Shown here: positions 62,358 through 64,000 of the stretch, one piece after another
Layout: each line of letters opens with the position of its first letter
Position numbering within the stretch: the first letter of the stretch is position 1
Source of the DNA: Eledone cirrhosa
Taxonomy: Eukaryota
Reading direction: 5' to 3'
Length of the DNA: 64,000 bases
Assembly: GCA_964016885.1 (NCBI GenBank)
Contig: OZ024742.1
Location: 348,316,001 to 348,380,000, forward strand
Position numbers and translations under genes: made by a program
Notes under the pieces: model-generated
What the model was told of the DNA's origin: nothing
Databases searched by the model: none
What the model saw: the letters and a program-made list of their open reading frames with translations, nothing else

Positions 62358-63768
62358 GTTATTGACGAAATAAGGGATGAATATTTACGACGGATAAAAA
62401 CCCTAACATTTTGGCAAATCAACGCCTGTTTATATGCCTTAGCAACGACAGTGAAGCATTATCTTGGTGATAGCAGAGATATTAACAAGAACAAAACACC
62501 ACCAAAAATACCATCATATATAACTAAAATAGAAAAAAAGATTGCTGACCTACGAAAAACCATAGGATATGTGACATGCAAACAAACACAAAAAAACCTC
62601 ACTCTTCACCAACAAAGAGTGAAAAATAAAATAGAGACGATGTTTGGTAACAGTAGAACCAGAACTCTCTAATATAAGCTGATCACCCTCAAACAAGAAT
62701 TGAGAGCTGTTAGCGAAACACGCCGATACCTGAAGAAGGTAGATGAAAGAAAAGTGCTTAATAAAAGATTCAGACGAAACCAAACATCGGTCTATAGAGA
62801 TATGAAGGACAAAATAATAAGTGTCACTGAGGCCCCATCCCAGAAAGACATAGATCCCTTTTGGAGAAAAACATGGGGTGAAAAAAAGAATTTCAACCAA
62901 GATGCAGTGTGGCTAAGAGAAATCTGAAAGAACTATTGCTCCTACACTACAACAAAAACATACAAAATAAGTGAGGGTACCCTTGAGACTGTGATAGGAA
63001 AACTCCAAGATAAGAAAACACCAGGAAGAGACATGATTGTCGGCTACTGGTACAAAAAACTGATATTCTATCGGAGGTATCTTACTGACCTCTACCAACA
63101 AGTTCTTAAGGGAGATACACTTATACCAGAATGGTTGACATTAGCACAAATATTACTGGTCCCCAAGAACAAAGATACCCACTTGGCAAAAAACTACTGA
63201 CCCATTGCATGCCAGAACCTGATATATAAGATGTATACAGCCTGCCTGAACCTATTCTTCCAAGATCACTGTGAAAATAATAACATCATCACGGATGAAC
63301 AAGCAGCTGGAAAGAAAGGGGTTTGGGGATGTGCTGAACAACTCCTAATCAACAAAACTGCGGAGGTGCGACAACTTAGGAGGAATATGGCTACAGTCTG
63401 GCTGGACTACAGGAAAGCTTTTGATTCTTGAGAAGCTAGGCTTCACAGGAACAGAAAGAACACAACTAGTTAGGAAATTACAAGTACAATCCATTAATGG
63501 AAAAGTAAAAATATATAAAACATTCCAAAAATGTTGCATCTAATAACTGCATATACACATGTACAGATACAAAGCATATGCACATGCACACATACAACTC
63601 AAAACATACACATCCACACATACAATAACATCCATATCTACACATGCATGCATACATACATAATCTACCTAGATGATGGTGTGTAAATTCCAATGAGAGA
63701 GTCTTGTGTCTTTATTAAAAACCGACTCTCTATTGATAAAAATTTGTGAAATTATAAAACCAAAAGAA
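62358..63768 (+). mobile_element. R4/Dong-clade LINE pseudogene: reverse transcriptase N-terminal half, internally deleted and joined to the element's 3' end
   Basis: ORFs 62085/62700/62991/63231 share one frame with three internal stops: FWRKTW..KTPGRDMIVGYWYK..IPEWL..LVPK..KNY*PIACQNLIYKMYT..EQ..GCAEQLLINK..WLDYRKAFDS; flanked by (CATA/CA)n. Confidence 0.9.
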
Positions 63769-64000
63769 CATACACACACACATACATACACATATGCATA
63801 CAGACATACATACATGCACTCACATACATACACATACATACATACATGCATACACACACATACATACACATACATACACATACATACACACATATACATA
63901 CACACACATACACACACATACATACACACACATACATTGAGAATAAATCATCAATAAATCATTATCTAAAGTCTATTCAACTAATCCATATATCAATAAA

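Noticed and set aside
48868-63960. Segmental duplication of 48.9-49.4 kb at 63.4-63.9 kb that might include a duplicate exon B
   Set aside because: Similarity is confined to the LINE 3' end and microsatellite; no exon B copy is visible before the window ends.
55518-64000. Next kinase exon (APE...DMWSVG)
   Set aside because: Not found by eye; probably beyond the window, though a diverged small exon could have been missed.

Overview
Eukaryotic, repeat-dominated DNA. The tRNA-derived SINE families with (CAT)n/(ATT)n tails, R4/Dong and RTE LINE debris, TTAA MITEs and (CA/CATA)n microsatellites look cephalopod/octopus-like (inference). Bases 1-45.3 kb are one uninterrupted 51-bp tandem satellite (about 890 monomers) with nested higher-order duplications. 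The long minus-strand ORFs in the track are a by-product of its 3n period. The last 19 kb hide three small plus-strand exons that the ORF track misses (47055-47093, 49452-49503, 55443-55517). They splice in frame to [55 protein letters not shown], the catalytic and activation loops of a CaMKIV-like kinase. No upstream kinase exon is visible, so the satellite probably sits in a >47-kb intron. Later introns hold 35-, 24-, 61- and 42-bp minisatellites, two of them grown inside SINE copies. Most striking: read on the gene's sense strand, both the 35-bp and 51-bp monomers look like pyrimidine tract + AG|GT (recursive-splice-site-like), and their most variable bases fall at that junction. This is a hypothesis that needs RNA data.
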